64,000 bases of DNA from Caecitellus pseudoparvulus (lineage: Eukaryota; Protista; Bigyra: Bicosoecida). Position numbers and translations under genes: made by a program. Below, in pieces: positions 38,649 through 48,030 of this stretch; position 1 is the stretch's first letter, and every line of letters begins with the position of its first letter. Location of the stretch: contig CBFFRQ010000096.1 of NCBI GenBank assembly GCA_965644315.1, positions 310,001 through 374,000 of the forward strand. Direction: 5' to 3'. The notes under the pieces are model-generated. The model had not been told where the DNA came from, did not search any database, and saw only the letters and a list, made by a program, of their open reading frames with translations.

Positions 38649-39064
38649 TGTCCCTCGACACGTTACATGCACCAAGTGCCTCCCGTTTGCGCGCTGCACC
38701 TTTGCAGCGCCAGGCAGGTCAGGCTGCGCTTCACGTGGCTGGAGCTGCCCGAATACGAGCGCCTGCAGCGAGAGAGCAAGCTCAAGAGCCAGCCCTCGAT
38801 CCATGCACATGCACTTCGTGTGGAGTTTAAGATGTGACCTCGAGTGCTGCTGACAGAAGGTGAATGTGGACTGGAACTCTGCCAGGCCCGCTGCAAGATG
38901 GTCAAGGCGCCACAGTCCAGAGAAAGGCTGTGACAGCAATCAGAGAGACAACACACATCACATGCTTTCCTCGCTGTAGCCCAGCATGTTTCCTGTTCCT
39001 TATACAGCTGCTGAGCCGCTGGGTACTGCTGCATGCAGCAGAGCGGCTGCGAGCAGTTCGAGCC

Positions 39065-40610
39065 ATGAAACTGCGCCGAAACGCCTTGCGCCTCCTTGCA
39101 GGGCTGGGCGCTGTTTCCGTGGCTCTGTGCTTGGAATCATCGTCTACATTTGACCTCCCTATTGTGCAATCCATACTGGTGCATCGCCATGGGGATCGGT
39201 GAGGCTCCCTGCCTGCAATGGCGCCGGCAGGTCCATGGCGCAACCAGTTCAAACCTTTGCTTCCACAGCTCCCTCCTCCAGTGCCTGCCTGCCGCCACTG
39301 GCTGTGCAGAGTTCTGGAAGGACGGATACGGGATGCTGACGGGGCGTGGCGAGCACCAACTGCACTCGCTAGGCACCGCCCTCCGCCAGCGCTACGTGCT
39401 GGACCAGGGCCTCATCCCCGCCAACTTCTCGCGCTCAGCCACGTATGCTCGCAGCACGGACCTGGACCGCACGTTGCAAAGCGCCATGTCTCTCCTGCAG
39501 GGGCTGTACCCGCCCGGAACTGGTCTGTGGTCCGATGGGCCGGGTCTGCCTGAGGCTCTCTCCCTACCGCCAGTGCACACTGTGGCCAAGAGCCAGGAGA
39601 GCTTGCTGCTGGGCGGCGACACGACGGTGTGCCCTCCCGTAGAGGCCATTGACGCCGCTGTGAATGCGCAGCACGCGGCGGAGGACGCAGCTGAAGCGGC
39701 ACGCTTGGCTGCGCCGCTGGCCACCTTGTCCCGTGCAGTGGGGGCGGAGCCTCCCCTGACTCTTGCCCAGGCGGGGGTCGTGGCAGACAGCTTGCTGTGC
39801 ATGCGAGCACATGGGCGGCCTTGGCCCGCTGGCGTCACAGACGCCTTGTACAACGCCTCGCAGGCGGCGCACGACTGGGCCGTGTGGCAGCGGTACCGCT
39901 CCCCAACCCAGCAGAAGCTGAACGGGGGTCTGTTGCTGGGCATGTTCCTGGACCGCCTGACGGCCCGGGCGCAGAATGCCAGCCAGCCAGGGTGGCAACC
40001 CAGCCAGTACCCCGCACCCCATGGAGCCAGTCGCTTGGGGCCCAACCTGGCGCTGTACTCGGCTCACGACACAACGCTGTACAACATACTCTTCGCCGCG
40101 GGCGTGTTCCGGCAACCTGAGCCAAACCCGCCCTACGCGAGCTCCGTGGTGATGGAGTTGGTACAGATGCCTGGGGCGGAACCTGGCTCGCTGTCGGGCT
40201 GGGCGGTGCGCATGTGGTACAATCGTGGTGTGGGGACGGCAGACAGCGGGGGCTTCCCGCCTCCGTTCCACGCCGACAACGTCGTGCAGGTGCCTGGCTG
40301 CGAGGCAGACAATGTGGGGCAGGGCGGGGACGTGCTGTGTCCCCTCTCTGCATTGCTGCAGCTCATGCAGGGCCGCGTGTGGAGCCAGGCACAGTACGAC
40401 GCCCAGTGCGCTCCGGCGACGCCAACGCCCGCCACTGCGCCGACGTACCCCAAGTGGCTGCAGGTCACGGGGCCCATCCTGGCGTTCGTCCTGGGCGTCT
40501 TGAGCATGGCAGGGGTCTGGTGGGCGTTCTTACGGCGCCCCACCGCCCCTCCACCCCCAGCCTCCTCCCCGGCAGTGTGGGAACGGGAGGCGCTAGTGTC
40601 CCCCGCGTGA
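39065..40610 (+). CDS. Histidine acid phosphatase (lysosomal-type, signal peptide and C-terminal TM)
   Basis: RHGDR catalytic motif split by intron 39199-39268; LTGRG, RSTDLDRTLQSA, YSAHD and PPYAS motifs; C-terminal hydrophobic anchor. Confidence 0.92.
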
Positions 40611-40625
40611 CGCTGCGCGCACCAA

Positions 40626-41933
40626 CTACACACCGGGCGCACCACGCCCACGGGCCCGCTGTGCAGCCTTCTTGGCCTTCTTGGCCTTCTGCTGCAGCTT
40701 CTTCAGTGCGTACTTGCGTTCAATCTCCACTTCATCCGCCTCGAGCAGGTCCAGGTACGCCTGAGGCACGGGGTTGTCGTCCACCCACTGGTCGAAGTCC
40801 GCGACCTCTGGCGCAGGCTTGCCTGCCGCTGCATCCTCGTAGAATGCATCAATCTCCATGGCCTCCCGGTGCCTGGGCTCGAAGATGTTCACCAGCAGGG
40901 AGCCCGTGTCCACCGCCATCCAGTGCTCCTGCTCCCGCCCCTCCACAGCCCAGTGCGGGTGCATGTCGGGGCCTGGGCGGAGGCCCCGCCGTGACAGCGC
41001 CTTGACAATGTGGTCCCCCATGCGCCGCATGTGCCCCACAGTGCGCCCGTTCACGAACAGCACGTGCGTCACCCCCATCGCTTCAAAGTGCTCGTGCACG
41101 CCGGCAGTGGGGTACACCGCCAACTGCAGCCCGCCCTCTGCCTGCAGGATGCTGGTCACGTCATCCAGCGTCAGGGGCTGACCGGGCAGCGTGGGCACGG
41201 CAAGGGACCCCTTCTCCCTCGTAGTGGGTGGTACCCACGCAGCGTAGTCGTCCTGGGGCGGGAAGTTCGTCGCCGCCGCCTCCCCACCGTACATGCGCGC
41301 CAGCGCGTCGTGAGCCTGAGCCGCCTCCAGCGCGGTAGCATACTCGCCCCCCGAGATCTCGGTGCCGTTGTGCTCCACGACAGCCTCAAAGGTCTCGGAC
41401 CGAGTCAAGTACCACACGCCGATGTACTTCTTGACAGGCTTCTCTGGCACGTCCTTGTCGGGGGATGTGTCCAGCGCGTGCCACTCACACGCGTACACGT
41501 ATGCGTCATGCGCCTGCTCAGGCGTCTCGTACGTGCCCAGGTCCACCCACTCGCCATCCAGCTTCACCCTTGAAAACCACACCTGCCTCTCCTTGCTCCA
41601 GTACGCCCCCATGAGGGTGTCGTGCTCCGAGTCCACTGTCAGCCCAGTGCTGTCACCGCCGAGCACGCCATCGTCGGCGGCGGCCCCTCGCTTCGCATCC
41701 CTACCCCGCCTGGACGACCGCCTTGACTGGCGCGTCAAGCTGCGGTTGCCGCCTTTCTTAACTGAGGTGCTGGGGCCGTGCGAGGCACACCTGACAGCTG
41801 TCTGGGGCTGCGCAAGGCTGCCTGGCACCTGCATGACAGTTCCAGGCAAGAACAGTCGCACGCTCTGCAATGGCCGCGCAAGCAGCCGTGGGACAGGTCT
41901 GCCCCACTGATACACGGCCAGTGCAGCTGCCAT
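40626..41933 (-). CDS. Fusion of two AP2-like domains and an RsfS/Iojap (MALSU1-type) domain, probably mitochondrial
   Basis: Arg-rich, acid-free N-terminus. AP2-like repeats GAYWSKERQVWFSRVKLDGEWVDLGTYETPEQAHDAY and KYIGVWY..FEAVV..GEYATALEAAQAHDALA..TNFP. RsfS motifs LFVNGRTVGHMRRMGDHI and EG..WMAVDTGSLLVNIF..R. Confidence 0.85.
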   Translation of the reverse strand: MAAALAVYQWGRPVPRLLARPLQSVRLFLPGTVMQVPGSLAQPQTAVRCASHGPSTSVKKGGNRSLTRQSRRSSRRGRDAKRGAAADDGVLGGDSTGLTVDSEHDTLMGAYWSKERQVWFSRVKLDGEWVDLGTYETPEQAHDAYVYACEWHALDTSPDKDVPEKPVKKYIGVWYLTRSETFEAVVEHNGTEISGGEYATALEAAQAHDALARMYGGEAAATNFPPQDDYAAWVPPTTREKGSLAVPTLPGQPLTLDDVTSILQAEGGLQLAVYPTAGVHEHFEAMGVTHVLFVNGRTVGHMRRMGDHIVKALSRRGLRPGPDMHPHWAVEGREQEHWMAVDTGSLLVNIFEPRHREAMEIDAFYEDAAAGKPAPEVADFDQWVDDNPVPQAYLDLLEADEVEIERKYALKKLQQKAKKAKKAAQRARGRGAPGV

Positions 41934-42419
41934 TTGCCACTCTCGTGTCGCTGCGTGGGCTGTGGGCAGGCGCAGTTGTGAGACGTTTCGGCCGCGTTTC
42001 GGCTTCCCACCACACCCGCGGAAGCAGGCCTAGCACAGCGGGGACTGGGTTTGTAGCGTTGCAAAGGTCAGATTCATACACCACTGCTGTAGGGCGCACT
42101 CTGAGGGCGGATGAAATGTGAAGATTGCCAGCAAGCGACTCAGGGGGCGTTTCCGAACGACGGCTGCCCAAAGGGAAGTCCCCCCCAACTTGCGCCCCAG
42201 TCCCACCGCAGACAGAAGCTCTGTGCAGGACACAGGCACACGGGGTCCACAACCCAGCATCTCCCTCTGCACTCCCGCGAGTATCTACGCTCACCCTGTA
42301 CAGCACCGCCCTTTGCTGTCTGCCTCCGCACACCATCACAGTAGTACGACTGAGCCAGCGCCCTGCTCTCGACGCCACACGCAGCCACGAGCCCCGCACC
42401 CCTGCCGCAGGTACCAGTC

Positions 42420-42685
42420 ATGTCCGGCATGCCGGCTGCTTCCACCATCGTGCGCATGGTCGCCACCCGCGCCGAGTATGCCGGCTTTCGGCAGCTGCGC
42501 CCCCGTGAGTGCGGCAATTGGCAGGTGCGCCATCACGCCCGCGTTCACGGTAGCGTGCGTGCTCCTCCGCAGTCGCTGCATTTGGTGCGCCCGCCCTTGG
42601 CTTTGTGTGGTGGGCCCTGCCCACCACTGTGAAGGCGGACCTCATCCCCGCCCTGTACGCGGAGCCGGAAGAGGAGGCACAGTGA
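42420..42685 (+). CDS. 65-aa single-TM microprotein, possibly QCR10/UQCR11-like respiratory subunit
   Basis: Intron 42505-42572 (GTGAGT..CCGCAG) gives MSGMPAASTIVRMVATRAEYAGFRQLRPLAAFGAPALGFVWWALPTTVKADLIPALYAEPEEEAQ*. AATGCA follows the stop by 3 nt. Confidence 0.65.
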
Positions 42686-42759
42686 AGCAATGCAGCGCAC
42701 GCATGACACAGCCGCTTCACACGACAGGGCCACCTCCCGCCACACACCATGTGCTGCAT

Positions 42760-44364
42760 TTAGGACTGGGCGCACTGCACAGCACGCATGCCGCCAGGGC
42801 CGCCACCCTCCTCGTCGCTGTCGGCAGCGGCGTCCTTGCCCAGCTGCTCCCTGGCCCGGCGAGCCTCCAGGTCCACGTCCGTCATGAGCTTCTCCTCCGT
42901 CAACTCGTCCACCTCAATGGGGGCGGCGGGAGGGGGGCCCGGCAACACGCCGCGCAGGACCGCCTTCTGCGCGTCCGTCAGCACCAGCGTCTCGGGCATC
43001 TTGACGTCGAACTGAATGAACAGGCACCCCCGCATGAAGGTGTTGCCGTAGATGGGCATGCCCTCGCCCTCGATCTGCTTGATGGCCTCGTGCTGCACGA
43101 CCTCCCCGGGCGTGCTCTTCACCAGCACCTTGTGCTCGTCCAGGTGCTGCACCAGGAACTCCACGCCTGTCAGGGCCTCCAGCAGGGAGATCTCCTTCTT
43201 CATGATGAGGTCGGCGCCCTTGCGCTGGAAGGTCTCGTGCTCCTTGGTCTTCACCACGAAGATGACGTCGCCAGGCAGCTGGCCAGGGATGACATCCCCC
43301 TCCCCTTCAAACGTGATGCGGTGCCCGTCCCGCACGCCTTGCTCGATGTCCACCGTCAGCACCTTGCGCTCGTTGCGCTTGTTGTACCGGTTGCCCATGT
43401 TGTCCATGACGTTGCCAGCAGGGTCCTTCTCATACAGGGTCTTGGTCACCGCCAGCCTGACGGTCTTGCCCTTGTACACGTCCTCCAGGCTCACGCGGAT
43501 GGGGTGCACGGTGGGGTCACCCTTGCGGGGCCCGCGGGGACCACGCCGGCCCCCGCCGAACAGGGCCTCGAAGATGTCTGCGGGGCCGTCACCCCCATCG
43601 CCCTTCTCCACAGCATCCAGCCCACCGCGGTCGTACAGGGAGCGCTGCAAAGCCGAGCGTGGAGTGGGTGCGGCCCGGCCGGCGCAGGCCAGGACGAGCA
43701 GTCACGCCTCACCTTCTCCTCGTCTGACAGGATGTCATACGCAGCCTGGATGATCTTGAACTGGTCAGGGTCCCCACCCTTGTCTGGGTGATGCTGTGCA
43801 CGGGGGCAACTCGCAAAGCGCACGTGACTGACGGAAGGTCCTCCATGAAACGTGGAGCGCTACGAAACGCCAACGTGCACGTCGAAACTCGACGCCACAC
43901 GCCTGCGCAGAGCAGCACACTCACGGTGCGTGCGAGTTTCAGGTATGCCTTCTTGATTTGCCCCTTCGTGGCCTGCTTGTCCACGCCCAGCGCCTCATAC
44001 AGCTTCGTGGTGTCCACCTGCGCACGTCGAAAGAAAGACCAACCGTGCAGCGCCGCAGCCCAACGAACACTTGCATCGTTGGCCGCGCTGTCGCAGCACA
44101 GCAGCAGCCAAGGCCGCCAGTCCTGGCGACATGGACACCTCTTCAAGCCAACCAACGCCAAGCGGAGCCGCGCACGCCCCTCCGCCCTGCGCACGGCCCA
44201 GGGTTTTCGCCAGCACTTACATCCCGCTCTGGCTCCTCGTTGCCTGGGCTGCCGCCAGAGCTGTGCCCGTGCATGTGCGGCATGCCGCCGGGGAAGCCCC
44301 CTGGGAAGGGGAATCCACCGCCTCCGCCCATCCTCACGAATGGAATGCCTCCTGGGAAAGACAT
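42760..44364 (-). CDS. DnaJ/Hsp40, DNAJA-like but lacking the zinc finger, with CAAX box
   Basis: Four exons: ...EPERD|VDTTKLYEALGV..LKLART|HHPDKGGDP..SDEEK|RSLYD... HPD motif, C-terminal peptide-binding domains, ends VQCAQS*. Confidence 0.93.
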
Positions 44365-44555
44365 GCTGACTGGGACCGTGCGGGTGGCGTTCGCCTGCGG
44401 AACTTGCGCTCAACACGCCTGAAAGGCTGGGGAACGAGTGGCTGTGCAGCGGGGATGGAAACACGACAGGGCATGGCAGTCGCGAACATGAATTGGCTTG
44501 CGAAAAGAAGTGTCCCGGCCAGTGCGGTGCATCGCGCGCAGTGGAGCAGGAGCCC

Positions 44556-45536
44556 TCACCAGGCGCCCTCCTCCCACGCCTGCGCACACACCGCCTCGTA
44601 CACGATGAAGGTGATCACCGTTGACGGGATGGCCCGCATGATGCTGGCAGTGACGCCTGCATACAAGCCTGGCAGCCCCGTGCGCCCCCACAGCCACCGC
44701 CCGGCCTCCAAGGCAGAGGAGAACCTGTGCCTGCCGCCCCCCAAGCCCCGGTCATCCTGCATCACGTTCCGCACCGTCTCCAGCGGGTACGTCAGCAAGC
44801 TTGCCACCACCTTGGAGATGGACGACGCGCACAGGATGCCGAGCGGGTGCCCCGAGTCTGCCACGCCAAACGCCGCCTTCAGCCCCTCGTACAGTGGAAA
44901 CTGCACGGCGACGTGGGACGCCCCCAGCAGCGACGCGCCCAGGCCCCGGTACAGTGACAGCACGCCCTCCTGGGCCACAACCTGCCGCAGCGCGTCGAGT
45001 GTGCCCTTGTAAGGGGGCCTGCCGTGGCCCAGCTGCTGGTGCAAGTGCTGTGTCTGCAGCCGCACACGCACCGTCCACAGCGGGTACGTGACGATGTCCC
45101 CCACCACGCCAGCACACACAGCAGCGCCAGCAGAGGCCAGGATGCCACGGCCAGGGAAGCTACCTTTGTCACCGCTTGTTGCAGCTGCTGACGGCAGCTG
45201 GCCTCCAGCCGCCGCCCGTTTCGCACTCTCGTACACGGTAAAGTACACGCCCCAGAACCCCGGAATGAGGAAGACTGCAGTGCTGTAGCCCCGAAAAAGT
45301 CCCATCACTCCTTCCCTGGCGACCATGGCCCGCAAGGCGCCTCTGGTGCTTGCGTACAGGGACCGCACCTTGGCCGCCTCGTGCTCTGACGTGCCAGGTC
45401 CAGTGGGCACAGCAGCCTGCACCTGCATGCGGGACTGAGCCACTGTGAGACCATTCAGAAGGGTTGCTGACACGTATCCTCCCAGAATTCCACCAAAAGC
45501 ATGTTGGGCTACGCTTGCATCTCCACCAGCAGGCAT
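44556..45536 (-). CDS. Mitochondrial carrier (SLC25), NAD+/folate/FAD-carrier-like
   Basis: Three repeats with EG-x-x-GL[FY]RG, YPLWTVRVRLQ (P-x-W variant), HVAVQFPLYE and YPLETVR. Confidence 0.88.
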   Translation of the reverse strand: MPAGGDASVAQHAFGGILGGYVSATLLNGLTVAQSRMQVQAAVPTGPGTSEHEAAKVRSLYASTRGALRAMVAREGVMGLFRGYSTAVFLIPGFWGVYFTVYESAKRAAAGGQLPSAAATSGDKGSFPGRGILASAGAAVCAGVVGDIVTYPLWTVRVRLQTQHLHQQLGHGRPPYKGTLDALRQVVAQEGVLSLYRGLGASLLGASHVAVQFPLYEGLKAAFGVADSGHPLGILCASSISKVVASLLTYPLETVRNVMQDDRGLGGGRHRFSSALEAGRWLWGRTGLPGLYAGVTASIMRAIPSTVITFIVYEAVCAQAWEEGAW

Positions 45537-45811
45537 TCCGAGTGTGGCGCTCGAAACATGAAACGACGCGATGAAACGCCAGTCTCCCAATCCAGCCACG
45601 GAAGCCAAAGGTCGAGCAAGTCCCCATGCGTGATAGGATGGAGTACGGTACAGTCCAATCTTTTCGTTTTGGCGTGCATTATCACTTGCCCACTGTGCAC
45701 GGGCGCTTCGCAGAGCCTGAGATGCACCGAGAGCAGTCCTGTTGGCATGCAAAGTGCTTGGATCTTGTGTGTTTTTGAAAAAAGCAAAATTCGCGATAGC
45801 CAAGTGGACGA

Positions 45812-45883
45812 GGGCGTGTGGTACAGTGGTAGCACGCATCATTTGCATTGATGAGGTCCGGGGTTCGATTCCCCGCATGTCCA
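45812..45883 (+). tRNA. tRNA-Ala (anticodon TGC)
   Basis: Acceptor stem GGGCGTG/CATGTCC with the G3:U70 Ala identity pair, anticodon arm CATCA-TTTGCAT-TGATG, GGTTCGATTCC T-arm, and a downstream T5 run at about 45888-45892 (Pol III terminator). Confidence 0.95.
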
Positions 45884-45981
45884 GCTCTTTTTCCCACTTT
45901 CATCCCCTATCTTTGATAGGAAGACAGCGTTAACTCTTCGTAAGCAGACTGGCGAACGGTGCATTGAGTTAAGGTCCTGAT

Positions 45982-47719
45982 TCACAGCCTTGAGTATTGG
46001 GGGTGTTCGTGCAGCCACTGCTGTGCGTCTGCGGCAGCTTGACGGTCGACAACGTACCTTCCCGCATGCACGTCAGCAACGCGAACTGGAAAACGGGAAA
46101 CCATCACTTCGCCACCTTTTGCAGAATTCGTGAGGTTCTTTAATGCTTGCAGACCCACAGTCACAACAGGTCCACCACGAGTGGAGGTCAGTCGAACGGG
46201 GTCCAAGGTCAAGCGGCCCGTGACCGAGCACGTGAGCGAGTGGGGGGGATTCGCACTGGGTGTGGATGCAGCCTCATCCGTAGGACGAGGAGTTCGGTGG
46301 TGGCGTGGCTTAGCTTGGTGGTGTCGCGGCGAAGCAGCTGCTGCGCCAGACGAAGAAGCAGCTGCTGCTGGGCTGTGGGTGTGGCCAGAGTGGCGTCTCG
46401 CATGAGTCGGAGTGGCGCGACGAGAGGCATCATGCCCTGAAGACCACTTTGGGGTGAAGCGCACGGTGGTGTGAGGGTGCTTGCCTTCGACCGTGAAAAT
46501 GGTTGGGAGGGAAGACAGCATTACTTGCAGGCCTTCCAGGTCAAATGCACGCGCAATCTGGCCTGGACTGCAATTCAGGTGCTCTGAGTCACTGAGAAGA
46601 TTGCCGAAGTCTGCCAAGCCCACTGCCATTTCTCTTCTCGTTGCCTCCTTGAGGGCTGAAATGATTCTTAGAACCACACTGTGAGGGATGCGGCCTTTGG
46701 GGTGCTCACACCTCAAGTCCCAGTTTGGCGTCACGGTGTACTTGTCACCATCTGAAAGAAGGTTTGCCTGTTGCATGCGTTTAACTACTTCGCTCCACTC
46801 TTCTACGTCCGCATTGGCGGGGGGGGCGTCTCCGAAGCGGTCCTGCAGAAACTGCTCCGCGGACACGTCGCGACACTCTTCTCCAGTCGCGAAATGGAAC
46901 GCGTACATCACGTCCCTCACAAGGCTAAGTGGCAAGGCTTGCGCTCCAGAGAAAAGGACGGCGGTAGAGGACCTCCTTGGCTTTGAAACAGACCGCTCCT
47001 TGGTCGAGGCGGCTGGGGACTTCGTCGCACTGTCGCTGGCCCCTGCAGAAGTCTCAGCTCGAGCGCTTGGCGAAGCCTTGACTCTTTGGCGACCGGAATC
47101 AGAAGCTACAGCACTTGCCGACACTTTGGGCTTGCTCTTCCTCTGCTTCGGTTTCGAGCCAGCATCTCTTTCGGGTGCGTTTCCTAGCGCAGGCGACTGT
47201 TCGATGAACTCGAGGAAGTGAGTCTTCTGGGGCTGACACGTCTCTGTCACTTGTCTCATGAAGTCCTCTGCCGCATGCCTGGCGGCCCTGTTCTTGTTCG
47301 TTGCGCCCAGAGCGAAGATGGTCGTCAGTGCAACGAAAGCGCCTTCAATTTCAGGATGAAACGTTGGACCCTGCGGGAGGGACACAGAGCACTCGCGCTT
47401 CTCCACGATGCCAGCCAGGCCTTCCCCCGCATTCTGGATGCCCCCTGCATGTGCAGCGGTGACAGGTGCGGCGCGGAGCATGAGGTGCAGACTCGCGTTG
47501 CAGCTGGTGCGGCTTTGCGCCAGCACTTGCGCTTCACGGCAAGTGCCCGCAGATGCACTCACGCAGCAGGGTCAGCGGAGCAGACACGTGAATGATGCCC
47601 TCTTGTGAGCTTTCTATCACATGCACCTTGTTGATGGCGTCCCTGGCGCTCCGCCCGCCGTCTGCCCCGCCTCGTGTGCGCAGCGGAGACGGCCGGCGAA
47701 ACGCACCCTCGCCGTCCAT
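45982..47719 (-). CDS. Uncharacterised protein with possible LOTUS/OST-HTH-like and U-box-like segments
   Basis: 526-aa ORF 45982..47562 with a probable upstream exon from ATG 47719 (junction unresolved). Segments GLADFGNLL..FDLEGLQVMLSSLPTIFTV and LTCSVTGRLTLDPVRL. Confidence 0.55.
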
Positions 47720-48030
47720 GCTTGCGTGCGCGTGAGGCTATGCAGCAATCGCTGCAGCTTCAGGGCGCGCCTGCCCAGGAAGTGCTTTGTGGCGGTGTTG
47801 TGCGGGTTTTTGTCGGGTCACGGAAGTGCTTGAGGAGGCTCCCAGCTTGCTGGCGAGACAGTCGAGAAAGGTGCTGGTGCAGGTGTGCCAGCAGAAATGA
47901 CTGTTCCCGGGCACAGGTCAAGCTGTCGGCCAGGAACATCTCCAATGCCCCCCTCCCTTCCCCACATATTCAGGCATGCGCTTCAGCAACGGCGAGACGC
48001 CCAAGCAAGCGCGCGTGCATTGCGGGCAAG

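Noticed and set aside
42170-42250. GGAAGTCCCC ... ACACGGGG resembling RNase MRP P4 elements
   Set aside because: Spacing is far too short, and the 3' element lacks the GGGGCU-A pairing.
45537-45878. N-terminal extension of the carrier ORF running through the tRNA
   Set aside because: It begins at a non-ATG codon antisense to tRNA-Ala; the carrier homology starts near ATG 45536.
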